From: Mobula hypostoma
Taxonomy: Eukaryota
Assembly (NCBI RefSeq): GCF_963921235.1
Contig: NC_086101.1
Coordinates: forward strand, 1,798,001-1,862,000
Direction: 5' to 3'
DNA length: 64,000 nt
In this document: positions 34,639-46,339 of the stretch, one piece after another
How positions within the stretch are numbered: position 1 is the first letter of the stretch
How the letters are laid out: the number at the start of each line of letters is the position of its first letter
Notes under the pieces: generated by a model
The model's database searches: none
What the model was told of the DNA's origin: nothing
What the model saw: only the letters and a program-made list of their open reading frames with translations
Program-made: the position numbers and the translations under genes

Positions 34639-35384
34639 AGACAAGTTAGGGAAATGTTTAATTGGAGTAAGGGGAAATATGAGGCTATCAGGCGGGAACT
34701 TGGAGGCATAAATTGGAAACAGATGTTCTCAGGGAAATGTACGGAAGAAATGAGGCAAATGTTCAGGGGATATTTACGTGGGGTTCTGTGTAAATATGTT
34801 CCAATGAGACAGGGAAAGGATGGTAGCATACAGGAACCGTGGTATACAAAGGCTGTTGTAAATCTAGTCAAGAAGTAAAGACGAGCATATGAAAGGTTCA
34901 GAAAACTAGGTAAAGGTAGAGATCTATAAGATTTTAAGGCCAGCAGGAAGGAGCTTAAGTTTGAAACTAGGAGAGCCAGAAGGGGCCATAAGAGGGTCTT
35001 GGCGGACAGGATTAAGGAAAAACCCAAGGCATTCTGCAAGTATGTGAAGAGCAAGAGGATAAGACGTGAGAGAATAGGACCAATCAAGTGTGTATGGAAC
35101 CGGAGGAGATGGCAGAGATAATGAATACTTTGCTTCAGTATTCAGTACGGAAAAGGATCTTGGTGAGGAAGGCATCAGGATGTGTTGTTTCATGCCTGTG
35201 GATCACATTGCTCAGCTCGTCTGGAGTCTGCTTCACATTGGCCTGTGGTGGGATGTACACCACTGCCAAAAGCATTTCAAATAAAACTGATCTTTAATCT
35301 TTAAATTTATCTCATTTCACAGTGTGCTTCCTCATCAAAGTTATTCTTTAATGCTATATCCCATACACTGACTTTATTGATTTC

Positions 35385-35630
35385 GAGATGCAGCACGGAG
35401 CAGCCCAACCAGTCACCCACCAATTTAACACTAGCCTAATCATGGGACAATTTACAGTGACCGATTAACCAATCTTTGGACTGCGGGAGGAAACCGGAGC
35501 ACCCGGAGGAAACCCACACGCACACGGAAAGGAGACACAAACTGTCTTACAGATCACGCTGGAATTGAACTCCAAACTCCAACACCCAAGCTGTGATAGC
35601 ACCGTGTTGACCACTACCCTCCTGTGGTGC
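35385..35630 (-). mobile_element. V-SINE (HE1-like) tRNA-derived SINE
   Basis: Reverse complement contains the V-domain GTGGGTTTCCTCCGGGTGCTCCGGTTTCCTCCCGCAGTCC. Confidence 0.7.
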
Positions 35631-36138
35631 CTGATACTTTCTGTTCCCGATGCTTAATTCTGGTGGTCTCTCTTGCCACAGTACTTTAAACCATCCAACT
35701 CCCACAGAAGCATTTAATCTCCTCCCTCTGTTAAAGTCCTCCTGTTCCAGGGCTGAGCCTAGTTCTCTTGGAAAAGATTTTCATCATTAACCGGGCAGGC
35801 GGAATCTCTAGTGTCCACTAATTTTGTGTTACATTGTAAGATTCAAGATTGTTTAGTGTCAATCCCCGTACACACGTATAAAGGAGAACAAAGTAATTGT
35901 TACTCCAGATCTGATATGGCACAAAAAAAGCAGAATAAATATAAATACATAAGATAGCTTGTATACATTGATTTGATGTCCATAAAGTGAGGTTGGGCAC
36001 AAGGGTGTCTGTATATACTGTAAGGTGACTCTGACAGGAAATGGTCGGGGGCTGGTGGGTGGAGGTGATGATCACCCGGCTGCCTGGGGGAAGTAACTTC
36101 GTTTCCTGTGTTCGGCTGATTGTAGTTTCTTGTTCCAG

Positions 36139-36255
36139 ATCTGCTGCTGCTCCATCACTATTCATTGGTGACATCAGTCCTTGCCCTGGTGAGCACATCA
36201 ACATCCCTTGCTGCATCAATCTTCATCATTTTCTTTGCTCTGAGTACCTACAAAG
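36139..36255 (+). CDS. Host gene exon B: transmembrane helix 1 (117 nt, phase 1-1)
   Basis: Acceptor gtttcttgttccAG, donor G|GTAATG. Joins exon A in frame (G+AT=Asp): DLLLLHHYSLVTSVLALVSTSTSLAASIFIIFFALSTYK. Confidence 0.8.
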
Positions 36256-36354
36256 GTAATGAGTACAGCTTCCGTGAAAGCCATTGTATCACAAGTTTAT
36301 GCTCTGCACTCTACTCCTATAACGCATTGAATCTCCATCTGTTTGTATTTCCAG

Positions 36355-36456
36355 TTCACAAGCGGCACGTACAGCTCACTGCTGTTTTTGTGTTCTTCCA
36401 GCTGCTCTCCTTCATCTCTCTGCTGACTGCAGCCCTCTTCTGCCTGATTGATCCAA
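36355..36456 (+). CDS. Host gene exon C: transmembrane helix 2 (102 nt, phase 1-1)
   Basis: Acceptor ctccatctgtttgtatttccAG, donor A|GTAAGT. In frame (G+TT=Val): VHKRHVQLTAVFVFFQLLSFISLLTAALFCLIDP. Confidence 0.8.
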
Positions 36457-36659
36457 GTAAGTGTCAGATTAAACTCTCATACTAGCTTCATGCCTCATAT
36501 TCTCCAGTTAGAAACAGTCCCTCGCTGTAGCTTAGAATGCACACCTAGATATTGAATTCATCCAAAGAGCTTTCCTGTTTGAAATACACACCTGATGACT
36601 TGGCCTCCACAGCTATCTGTGGCAATAATTTCAACAGATTCACCTCCCTCTGCCTAAAT

Positions 36660-39600
36660 TTAGGGAGCTAGGAGATAAATTAAAGAGTAGGACCTCAAAG
36701 GTAATCATCTCAGGATTATTACCGGTGCCACATGCAAGCCAGAGTTGGAATAGCAGGAGAGCTAGAATGAATATGTGGCGTGAGCGGTGGGGCAGGAGGG
36801 AGGGTTTCAGATTCTTGGGTCATTGGAACCGCTTCTGGAGGAGGTGGGACCAGTACCGTCCGGACAGTCTACATCTGGGCAGGGCTGGGATCAATGTCCT
36901 AGGGAGATTGTTTGCTAGTGCTGTAGGGGAGGCTTTAAACTAATATGACAGGGGGATGGGAACCCAGACAGAAAAGAAGAGGGAAGTGATGCAGAGACCA
37001 AAGCTAGAGTTAGTGAAGAAAAAAGTAAGAGTAAAGTGCATAAAAGTAAAAAGCAAAAATCGCATAGGTCACTAGACTCTAAAAGGACAATGAGGATAAG
37101 GGCACTTTATCTAAATGCCTGTAGTATTAGAAACAAAGTTAGTGAACCTGTGGCACAGATCAGTACCAAGGCATATGGTTTAGTAGCCATTACAGAAACC
37201 TGGTTGCAAGGTGGAGATGACTGGGAATTAAATATCAAAGGGTATCAGGTAATACGGAAAGATAGGCAGGAAGGCAGAGGAGGTGGGGTGGGGCTCTTGA
37301 TTCGGGATGAGATCAGGGCGATTGTGAGAGACGATATAAGATCCATGGAGCAGAATGTTGAGTCCATTTGGGTGGAGATTAAGAATAGTAAAGGGGAAAA
37401 AAATCACTGGTGGGAGTTGTCTATAGGCCACCTAATAAAAATATTGCAGTGGCAGAGGCAATTAACCAAGAAATAACTGAGGCTTGTAAGAACGGAACGG
37501 CAGTTGTCATGGGGGATTTTAACTTCCACAAAGATTGGGTGAATCAGGTTGGTCAAGGAAATCTTGAGGAGGGCTTCATAGAATGCATCCATGATGGCTT
37601 TCTTGAGCAGCATGTTAGTGAACCTACTAGGGAAAATGCTATCTTAGATCTAATCTTGTGCAATGAGACAGGTAAGATTAACGATCTTGTAGTCAGGGAT
37701 CCTCTTGGAAAGAGTGATCATAGTATGATTGAATTTCACATTCACATGGAGGATGAAATAGTTAGATCTAAAACCAGTGCATTTATGCTTGAACAAGGGA
37801 GACCACAACGGGATGAGGGAGGAGTTGGCTAATGTGGATTGGGAGCACAGGCTATTTGGTAGGACAGTTGAGGAACAGTGGAGTACTTTCAAAGAGATTT
37901 TTCACAGTGCTCAACAAAAGTATATTCCAGTCAAAAGTAAGGACAGTAAGTGTGGGGAGAGCCAGTCTATGATAACTAAGGAAATAGAAGATGGTATCAA
38001 ATTAAAAGCTCGTGTCTACAAAGTCGCAAAGGGTAGTGGGAGACTGGATGATTGGGAAAACTTTAAAAACCAACAGAGAACAACTAAACAAGAAATAAGG
38101 AAAGGGAAGATAGAGTATGAAAGTAAATTGGCACAAAATATAAAAACAGATAGCAAAAGTTTTTATAAATATATAAAGCGGAAGAGGGTGGCTAAAGTCA
38201 ACGTAGGTCCCTTGGAAGACGAGAAGGGAAAATTGATATTGGGTGATAAGGAAATGACTGAGGCATTGAACGACTATTTTGTGTCGGTCTTCACGGTGGA
38301 GGACACATCTAAAATGCCAAAGCAGGATGTTGTGGATGAAATGGGAGGTGAGGACCTCGATAAAATCATAGTCAGTAAAGAGATAGTGATGAGCAAACTA
38401 AAGGGCCTGAACGTAGATAAGTCCCCTGGTCCTGATGGATGCATCCCCAGGGTGCTGAGGGAATTGGCGGAGGTTATAGTAGATGTGTTGGTAATCATTT
38501 ATCAAAGCTCTCTAGACCCTAGGCAGGAAAGCAGCAAATGTCAGGCCACTTTTTAAAAATGGATGTAGGCAAAAGACAGGCAACTCTAGGCCAGTTAGCT
38601 TAACATCTGTAGTCGGGAAAATGCTTGAAACTGTCACTAAGGAAGAAATAGCGAAACATTTGGAAAGGAGTGGTTCCATTAGACAGACATTAGACATGGA
38701 TTCAGAAAGGGCAGGTCCTGTTTGACAAACTTACTGGAGTTCTTTGAGGACATAATGAGTGCAGTGGATAGAGGGGAACAGGTGGATGTCGTATACTTGG
38801 ATTTCCAGAAGGCGTTTGATAAGATGTTGCACAAGAGACTTGTAATGAGATGCAGATGCATGGAGTCGGAGGAAGTGTATTGGCATGGATAGTGGATTGG
38901 TTAAACAATAGAAAGCAGAGAGTTGGTATAAATGGGTGTTTCTCCGGTTGGCAGTCAGTGGTGAGTGGGGTGCTGCAGGGGTCAGTGCTGGGCCCACAGC
39001 TGTTTACCATTTACATTGATAGTTTGAAAGAGGAGACTGATTGTAGCGTAGTAAAATTTGCTGATGACACTAAACTGAGTGGAAAAGCAAATTGTACAGT
39101 GGATGTGGAGAGTCTGCAGAGGGATATAGATAGGTTAAGTGAGTGGGCCAAAGTCTGACAGATGGAATACAGTGTTGGTAAATGCGAGATTATCCACTTT
39201 GGAAGGAATAATAGAAGAGCTGGTTATTATTTAAATGGTGAAAGATTGCAGCAGGCTGTTGTGCAGAGGGACTTGGGAGTGCTTGTTCATGAATCGCAAA
39301 CAGTTGGCAGGTACAACAGGTTATTAAGAAGGCAAAGGGAATGTAGGCCTTCATTGCTAAAGGGATTGAATTCAAGAGCAGGGAGGTCATGCTGCAACTA
39401 TATAGGGTACTGGTGAGACCGCACCTGGAGTACTGTGTGCAGTTCTGGTCTCCATACTTGAGGAAGGATATACTGGCTTTGGAGGCAGTGCAGAGGAGGT
39501 TCACCAGGTTGATTCCAGGGCTGAAGGGGTTAACCTATGAGGAGAGATTGAGTCGCCTGGGACTGTAGTCTCTGGAGTTCAGAAGAATGAGAGGGGATCT

Positions 39601-39988
39601 TATAGAAACATACAAAATTTTGAAAGGGATATATAAGACAGAAGTAGGAAAGTTGTTTCCATTGGTAGATGAGACTGGAACTAGGGGACATTGCTTCAAG
39701 ATTCAGGGGAGAAGATTTAGGACGGAGATGAGGAGAAACTGTTTTTCCCAGAGAGTGGTGAATCTGTGGAATTCTCTGTCCAGGGAAGCAGTTGAGGCTT
39801 CCTCACTAAATATATTTAAGAAACAGTTAGATAGGTTTTTACATAGTAAGGGAATTAAGGGTTATGGGGAAAAGGCAGGTAGATGGAGATGAGTTTATGG
39901 ACAGATCAGCCATGATCTTATTGAATGGCGAGGCAGGCTCGATGGACTGAATGGCCTACTCCTGCTCCTATTTCTTATGTTCTTATGT
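36660..39988 (+). mobile_element. Long degenerate CR1 (ORF1 C-terminus, junction, ORF2, 3' tail)
   Basis: ORF 36725-36943 (esterase end, ...GEALN*), 37036-37832 APE, 37777-38556, 38850-39158 (FADD), 39587-39892; TTCTTATG tail. Confidence 0.9.
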
Positions 39989-39989
39989 A

Positions 39990-40835
39990 AATTAGTTCCT
40001 CATCATCTCTGTTCTAAATGAAAAACCTTCTGTTCTGAGGTTGTGCCCTCTGGTCCTAGACTTCCCTGCCATAGGAATAATTCCCTCCACATCCAATCTA
40101 TCAGAGCCTTTCAATATTTGATATCTTAATGAGATCCTCCCTCATTCTTCTAAACTCCAGTGATTACAGGTCCTGAGTCATCAAACACTCCTCATACATA
40201 TCATCTTAGATAAGGAGCCCAAAACTGCTCACAATACTCCAAGTGAAGACTGACCAGTGTCTTATAAAGCCTCAGTATGCATCCTTGCTCTTACATTCTA
40301 GTCCTCCCGACATGAATGGTAACATTGCCTTGGCCTTCTTTACCACCAACTCAACCCGCAAATTAACTTTGATAGAATCCCACACAAAGACTCCCAAGTC
40401 CCTCTGATTCTGAAATTTTCTCCACATTTAGAAAATACTGTACCTTTATTCCTTCTATCAAAGTACATGACAATACACTTCCGTACGCTGTATTCCATCT
40501 GCCGGTCTACATCCTTCTGCAGACACCCAGCTTCCTCAGCACTACCTCCGATATCTTTGTGTCGTTTGCAAACTTGGCCACAAAGCCATCAATTTCATCG
40601 TTGACACATAACATGAAAAGAAGTAATCCCAATCCCAATACTAACCCCTGGAGACCACTGGCAGCCAACCAGAATAGGTTCCCTATATTTCCACTCTCTG
40701 CCTCCTGCCAGTCCACCAGTCTTCTAGTGTCTTTCCTGTAATAACATGGGCTCTTATTTTGTTAAGCAGTCTCGTGCAGCACCTTGTCAAAGGCCTTCTG
40801 ACAATCCAACTAAACAACATGCACTGACTTTCCTC
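39990..40835 (-). mobile_element. Old CR1 RT fragment
   Basis: DGFVAKFANDTK and other RT remnants. Confidence 0.7.
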
Positions 40836-41750
40836 AGCCAGAAGGGAGATCAGTGGGGAGGGAAGAATGAAGAAAGCACAAAGTGGGGGTTGGGGGTGCA
40901 GGGAAAGATGTGCTTGGTGGTGGGATCCCATTGGATATGGTGGAAGCTATAGAGAATTATGTGCTGGACACCCAGGTTGGTGGTGTGGTAGGAAAGGACA
41001 AGAGGAATAAGATCTCAATAAGATCATGGCTGATCTGTCCTTGGTGGGTTGAGAAATGGAAGAGATGTGTTTGAGGGCAGCATTGATGGTGGAGGAAGGG
41101 AAGCCCATTTCTTTGAAGGAGGACATCTTTATTCTGCAATGAAAAGCCTCATCCTGAGAGCAGATGCGGCAGAGACGATGAGGCATTGAGAGAAGGGGAT
41201 GGGATTTTTACGCGTAACAGGGTAGGCAGAGATATAGTCAGGGTAGCTGTGAGAGTCAGTCAGTTTATATTAGATATCAGTGGATAAGCTGTCTCCAGAG
41301 ATAGAGACAGAGAGATCGAGAAAGGGGAGGGAGGTGTCGGAAATGGACCAGGTACATTTGAGGGCAGGGTGGAAATTGGAGGCAAAGTTGAAGAAGTTGA
41401 CAAGCTGTGCATGGGTGCAGGAAGCAGCACCAATTCTGTCATCGATGTAGTGACGGGAAAGCTGGGGAGTGATACCGAGTAGGCTTCGCCAAGCTCCTGT
41501 ACTCCGTCCGCCAGAGGAAGCAGGATCTCCTGGTGGCCACACACCTAGTTGCTACTTCCTACTTCCATTCTGACATGTCAGTCCACAGCCTTCTCTACTG
41601 TCACGATGAGGGCACACTCAGGTTGGGGAAGCAACATCTTGTATTCCGGCTGGGTAGCCTCCAACCTGATGGCATGAACATTGATTTCTCAAATTTCCAG
41701 TAATGACTCTGCTCCCTTCACTATTTCCCTTTCCCATATCCCTCTCTCAA
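40836..41750. mobile_element. Penelope-like element remnant (RT C-terminus on minus, GIY-YIG tail on plus)
   Basis: Minus: RHYIDD...FASNFHPALKCTWSISDTSLPFLDLSV and RLCRICSQDEAF. Plus: PVATH-type and QHLVFRLGSLQPDGMN-type sequence. Confidence 0.8.
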
Positions 41751-43700
41751 CTTATCTCATTACCCCCATTACAATTGCATCATTACCCTTATTACATACC
41801 TTTCCAGCTTTCTTTGCAATAAGAGGAATAGATAGAGTGGATAGCCAGCGCCTCTTCCCCAGGGCACCACTGCTCAATACAAGAGGACATGGCTTTAAGG
41901 TAAGGGGTGGGGAGTTCAAGGGGGATATTAGAGGAAGGTCAGAGAGTGGTTGGTGCGTGGAATACACTGCCTGAGTCAGTGGTGGAGGCAGATACACTAG
42001 TGAAGTTTAAGAGACTACTAGACAAGTATATGGAGGAATTGAAGGTGGGGGCTTATATGGAAGGCAGGGTTTGAGGGTCAGCACAATAATGTGGGCTGAA
42101 GGGCCTGTACTGTGCTGTACTATTCTATGTTCTATGTTCAACACCACATCTTGGCTACTATTTGGAGGCTTATATACGATTCCCACAATGTCTTTTTTTA
42201 TCCTTGCAATCTCTTAACTCCACAGAGATTCAACGTTCTCTGATCCTATGTCACTTCTTTCTAAAGATGTAATTCCATCTCTGACCAACAGAGCCACACC
42301 ATCATTTATGTCTTCTTGCCTGTCCTTTCGATACAAAGTATATCCTTTGATATTAAACTCCCAACTATGGCTTTCTTCCAGCCACGATTCTGTGATGCCC
42401 ACATTGTCATACCAACCACGAGTTTGGCCACCTTATTCTGAATGCTACACACATTTAAGTACAGCACCTTCTGTCCTGTATTCTTGGCTCTTTTGAAATT
42501 TGCCTCTGTGGTACAATTTAACTGTTTACTCCGACTGCTTTTCTACCCAGTCATGGGCTTGTCCTTCTTTACATTCATGTTACACCCATCCTCTGCTTGT
42601 AAACCTGCTGTCTCATCCTCAGCTCTATCATCCTGCTTCCCATCCCCTGCCATGTTAGTTTCAACCGATCCCAACGGCTCTGGTAAATCTACCCGCAACA
42701 ATATTGGTTCCCCCTTGGATTCACATGCAACCCGTCCCTTTTGTACAGGTCCCACCTGTCCCAGAAGAGGTCCCAATTATCCAGAAATCTGAATTCCTGC
42801 CCCTGCTCCAATTCTTCACCCACGCATTTATCTGCCACCTCATTCTATTCCTATCTGCACTGTCACATGGCACAGGCAGCAATCCCGAGATTACCACCCT
42901 TGAGGTCCTTCTTTTCAGCTTCCTTCCTTACCTCCCTGTTCTTTCTTCAGGACCTCCTCCCTTTCTCTTCCTTTGTCATTGGTACCTATACGGACCACAA
43001 CTTCTAGGTGCTCACCCTCCCTTTACAGGATATCGTGGACGTGTCCAGAAACATCTCGGACCCCGGCACCTGGGAGGCAAGTGACCAGCCATGTTTCCTT
43101 TTCGTATCCCCAGAGTCGCCTATCTGTCCCCCTGGCTATAGAGTCCCCTATCACTGCTGCTATCCTCTTCTGTTCCCTACCCTTCTGAGCCACAGGGGCA
43201 GTCTCAGTGCCAGAGGCATGGCCGCTGTTTGTTCACCTAGGTACATCTCTCCACCGCACCCCCCCCCCAACAGTACTCAAAATGGAGTACTTATTGTTGA
43301 GGGGGATGGCCACAGGGGTGCTCTGCACCATCTGACATTCCACCTTCCCTCTCCTGACGGTCACCCATTTATCGGTCTCCTGTAGCCTTGGGGTGACCAC
43401 CTCCCTGTAGCTCCCGTCTATCACTGCTTCCCTTTCCCTAACAAGCCAAAGTTCATCGAGCTGCATCCATTTCCCCTGCATGGTCTCTAAGGAGCCATGA
43501 GGGAAGCTGGGAGTCTCCTGGAAATCCCACATTTGACACACGGAAAACAGAAAAACCCCTATTGTCCTCTAGAGCTAAATAAGAAACCTCGACTCGGCCT
43601 GTTTGAGCCAAAGCCTTCTTGCTCTGACTCAGACTACTCTGATGACCACTCCACTAGCCAGTGCCTCTCTTTTATAGAGACTGGGTTTCCCCTCAAAAAT
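41750..43700 (-). mobile_element. Decayed CR1 5' half (ORF1 and APE start), with a plus-strand CR1 3' end inserted at ~41820-42140
   Basis: CQMWD..., PVAIPLNNKYS, GDS block, ITESWLEE. Confidence 0.8.
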
Positions 43701-43828
43701 CTTTGGCACAGCCACGTGGGAATGCTGCTGGAGCATCTGACCAGTACTTCAATCAACGAATCCGGTCGAAAAACTCGCTGCATTTTCCAGCTCTTTGTCA
43801 GTACTGCGCAGGAACACTACATAACGAC

Positions 43829-45240
43829 ATAAGAAATAGGAGCAACACACATGTGTTGCTTGAATTTCCAGCATCTGCAGAATTCCTGTTGTTTGAGATA
43901 AGAAATAGGAGCAGGAGTAGGCCATCTGGCCCATTGAGCCTGCCCCGCCATTCAATAAGATCATGGCTGATCTGTCCGTAAACTCATCTCCATCTACCTG
44001 CCTTTTCCGCATAACCCTTAGTTCCCTTACTATGTAAAAATCTATCTAACTGTATCTTAAATATATTTAGTGAGGAAGCCTCAACTGCTTCCCTGGACAG
44101 AGAATTCCACAGATTCACCACTCTCTGGGAAAAACAGTTTCTCCTCATCTCCGTCCTAAATCTTCTCCCCTGAATCTTGAGGCAATGTCTCCTAGTTCTA
44201 GTCTCATCAGTCAGTCCCCTCTTCCAAATCATCAATGTAAATGGTAAACAGCAGCGGGTCCAGCACCGACCCCTGCGGCACCCCACTCACCACTGACTGC
44301 CAACCGGAGAAACACCCATTTATACCAACTCTCTGCTTTCTATCGGTTAACCAATACACTATCCATGCCAATACACCTCCTCCGACTCCATGCATCCATA
44401 TCTTATTTATACATAAGTCTCTTGTGCAGCACCTTATCGAATGTCTTCTGGAAATCCAAGTATACGACATCTACCCATTCCCCTCTATCCACTGCACTCA
44501 TTATGTCCTCAAAGAACTCCAGTAAGTTTGTCAAACAGGACCTGCCCTTTCTGAATCCATGCTGCGTCTGTCTAATGGAACCACTCCTTTCTAAATGTTT
44601 TGCTATTTCTTCCTTAATGACAGCTTCAAGCATTTTCCCGACTACAGATGTTAAGCTAACTGGCCTGTAGTTGCCTGTCTTCTACCTACATCCTTTTTTA
44701 AAAAGTGACATGACAATTGCTGTCTTCCAATCTGCCGGGACCCGCCCAGAGTCACGAGAGTTTTGGTAAATGATTACCAAAGCGTCTACTATAACCTCCG
44801 CCAATTTCCTCTGCACCCTGGGGATGCATCCCGTCAGGATAGGGGACTTACCTACCTTCAGGCCTTCTCATTTGTTCATCACTATCTCTTTAGTGACTGT
44901 GATTTTATCGAGGTCCTCACCTCCCATTTCGTCCATAACATCCTGCTTTGACATATTAGACGTGTTCTCCACCGTGAAGACCGACACAAAATAGTGGTTC
45001 AATGCCTCAGCCATTTCCTTATCACCCAATATCAATTTCCCCTTGTCGTCTTCCAAGGGACCTACGTTGACTTTAGCCACCCTCTTCCGCTTTATATATT
45101 TATAAAAACTTTTGCTATCTGTTTTTATATTTTGTGCTAATTTACTTTCAAACTCTAATCTTCCCTTTCCTTATTTCTTGTTTAGTTGTTCTCTGTTGCT
45201 TTTTAAAGTTTTCCCAATTGTCCAGTCTCCCACTACTGTT
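43829..45240 (-). mobile_element. CR1 ORF2 fragment with internal deletion, same family as 36660-39988
   Basis: ORFs 44403-44633 (QHGF), 44207-44470 (GVPQGS) and 44868-45080. Confidence 0.85.
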
Positions 45241-45254
45241 GTGTCTGTGCAGTA

Positions 45255-46295
45255 TTCCAATCAATGGTGTCCTCCGTCTGCAAAGAAAGGGGCATTCCTT
45301 CTTCCACCATCAATGCTGCCCTCATCCGCATCTTTTCCATTTCACACATATCTGCCGTCTCCCTATCTTCCCGCCTCTTGTCCTAACCCACCAGCCTCTG
45401 CATCCAGCACATAATTCTCCATAACTTCTGCCATCTCCAACAGGATCCCATCACGAAGCATGTCTTTCCCTCCCCCACCCCCTCCACTTTCTGCTTTCCA
45501 CAGGGATCGCTCCCTTGTCCATTCATCCCTTCCCACTGATCTCCCCCCGGCACTTATCCTTGCAAGCAGAACAAGTGCTACACCCGCCCCTACACCTCCT
45601 CCCTCACTACCATTCAGGACCCCAAACAGTCCTTCCAGGTGAGGCGACACTTCACCTGTGAGTCTGTTGGGGTCATCTGCTGTATCCGGTGCTCCCGGTG
45701 TGGCCTCCTGTATATCGGTGAGACCTGACGTACGTTGGGAGACCACTTTACTAAAGCACCAACTGCCAGAAAAAGCTGATCTCCCGGTGGCCACCCATTT
45801 TAATTCTACTTCCCATTCCGACATATCCTTCCATGGTTTCCTCTCTTGTCGCGATGAGGACACACTCAGGTTTGGGGAGCAACATCTCATTCCTTCTGGG
45901 TAGACTCCAACCAGGCACGAACATCGATTTCTCCAACTTCCAGTAATGGCCCTCTGCTTCTCTATTCCCCATCCCCTTTACCTCTCACTTATCTCCTTGC
46001 ATGCCCATCGCCTCCCTCGGATGCTCTTTCTTCCTTGCTACCTTCTATTAGATTTCCCCTTCTCTGGCCCTGTATCTCTTTCATCAATCAGCTTCCCAGC
46101 TCCGGGTTATACTTATCACCTCGTGTGTCTCCCTCCCCTCCCTCCACACTCCAAATCAGACTCCTCGTTCCTTTTCTCCCCCACTCCTGCTGAAGGGTCC
46201 CAGCCTGAAACGTGGACTGTACTCTTTCCCTGACATTTACTGGCCTGCTGAGTTCCTCCGGCATTTTGTGTGTCTTACTTGGATTTCCAGCATCT
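45255..46295 (+). mobile_element. Penelope-like element 3' part: GIY-YIG endonuclease remnant plus terminal repeat
   Basis: FTCESVGVICCIRCSRCGLLYIGET, PVATHFNSTSH, RFGEQHLI. Degenerate hammerhead at 46183-46218. Confidence 0.8.
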
Positions 46296-46339
46296 TTTGT
46301 GACACAAAATATTTAAATCGTACGAGACTATTTGGTGAG

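Larger units (their letters stand above)
33925..35170 (+). mobile_element. CR1 ORF2 fragment interrupted by a PLE terminal repeat
   Basis: Matches 1020-1740 (CAGGAAGGTTTCCTGACACAATATGTAGAT...). Confidence 0.8.
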
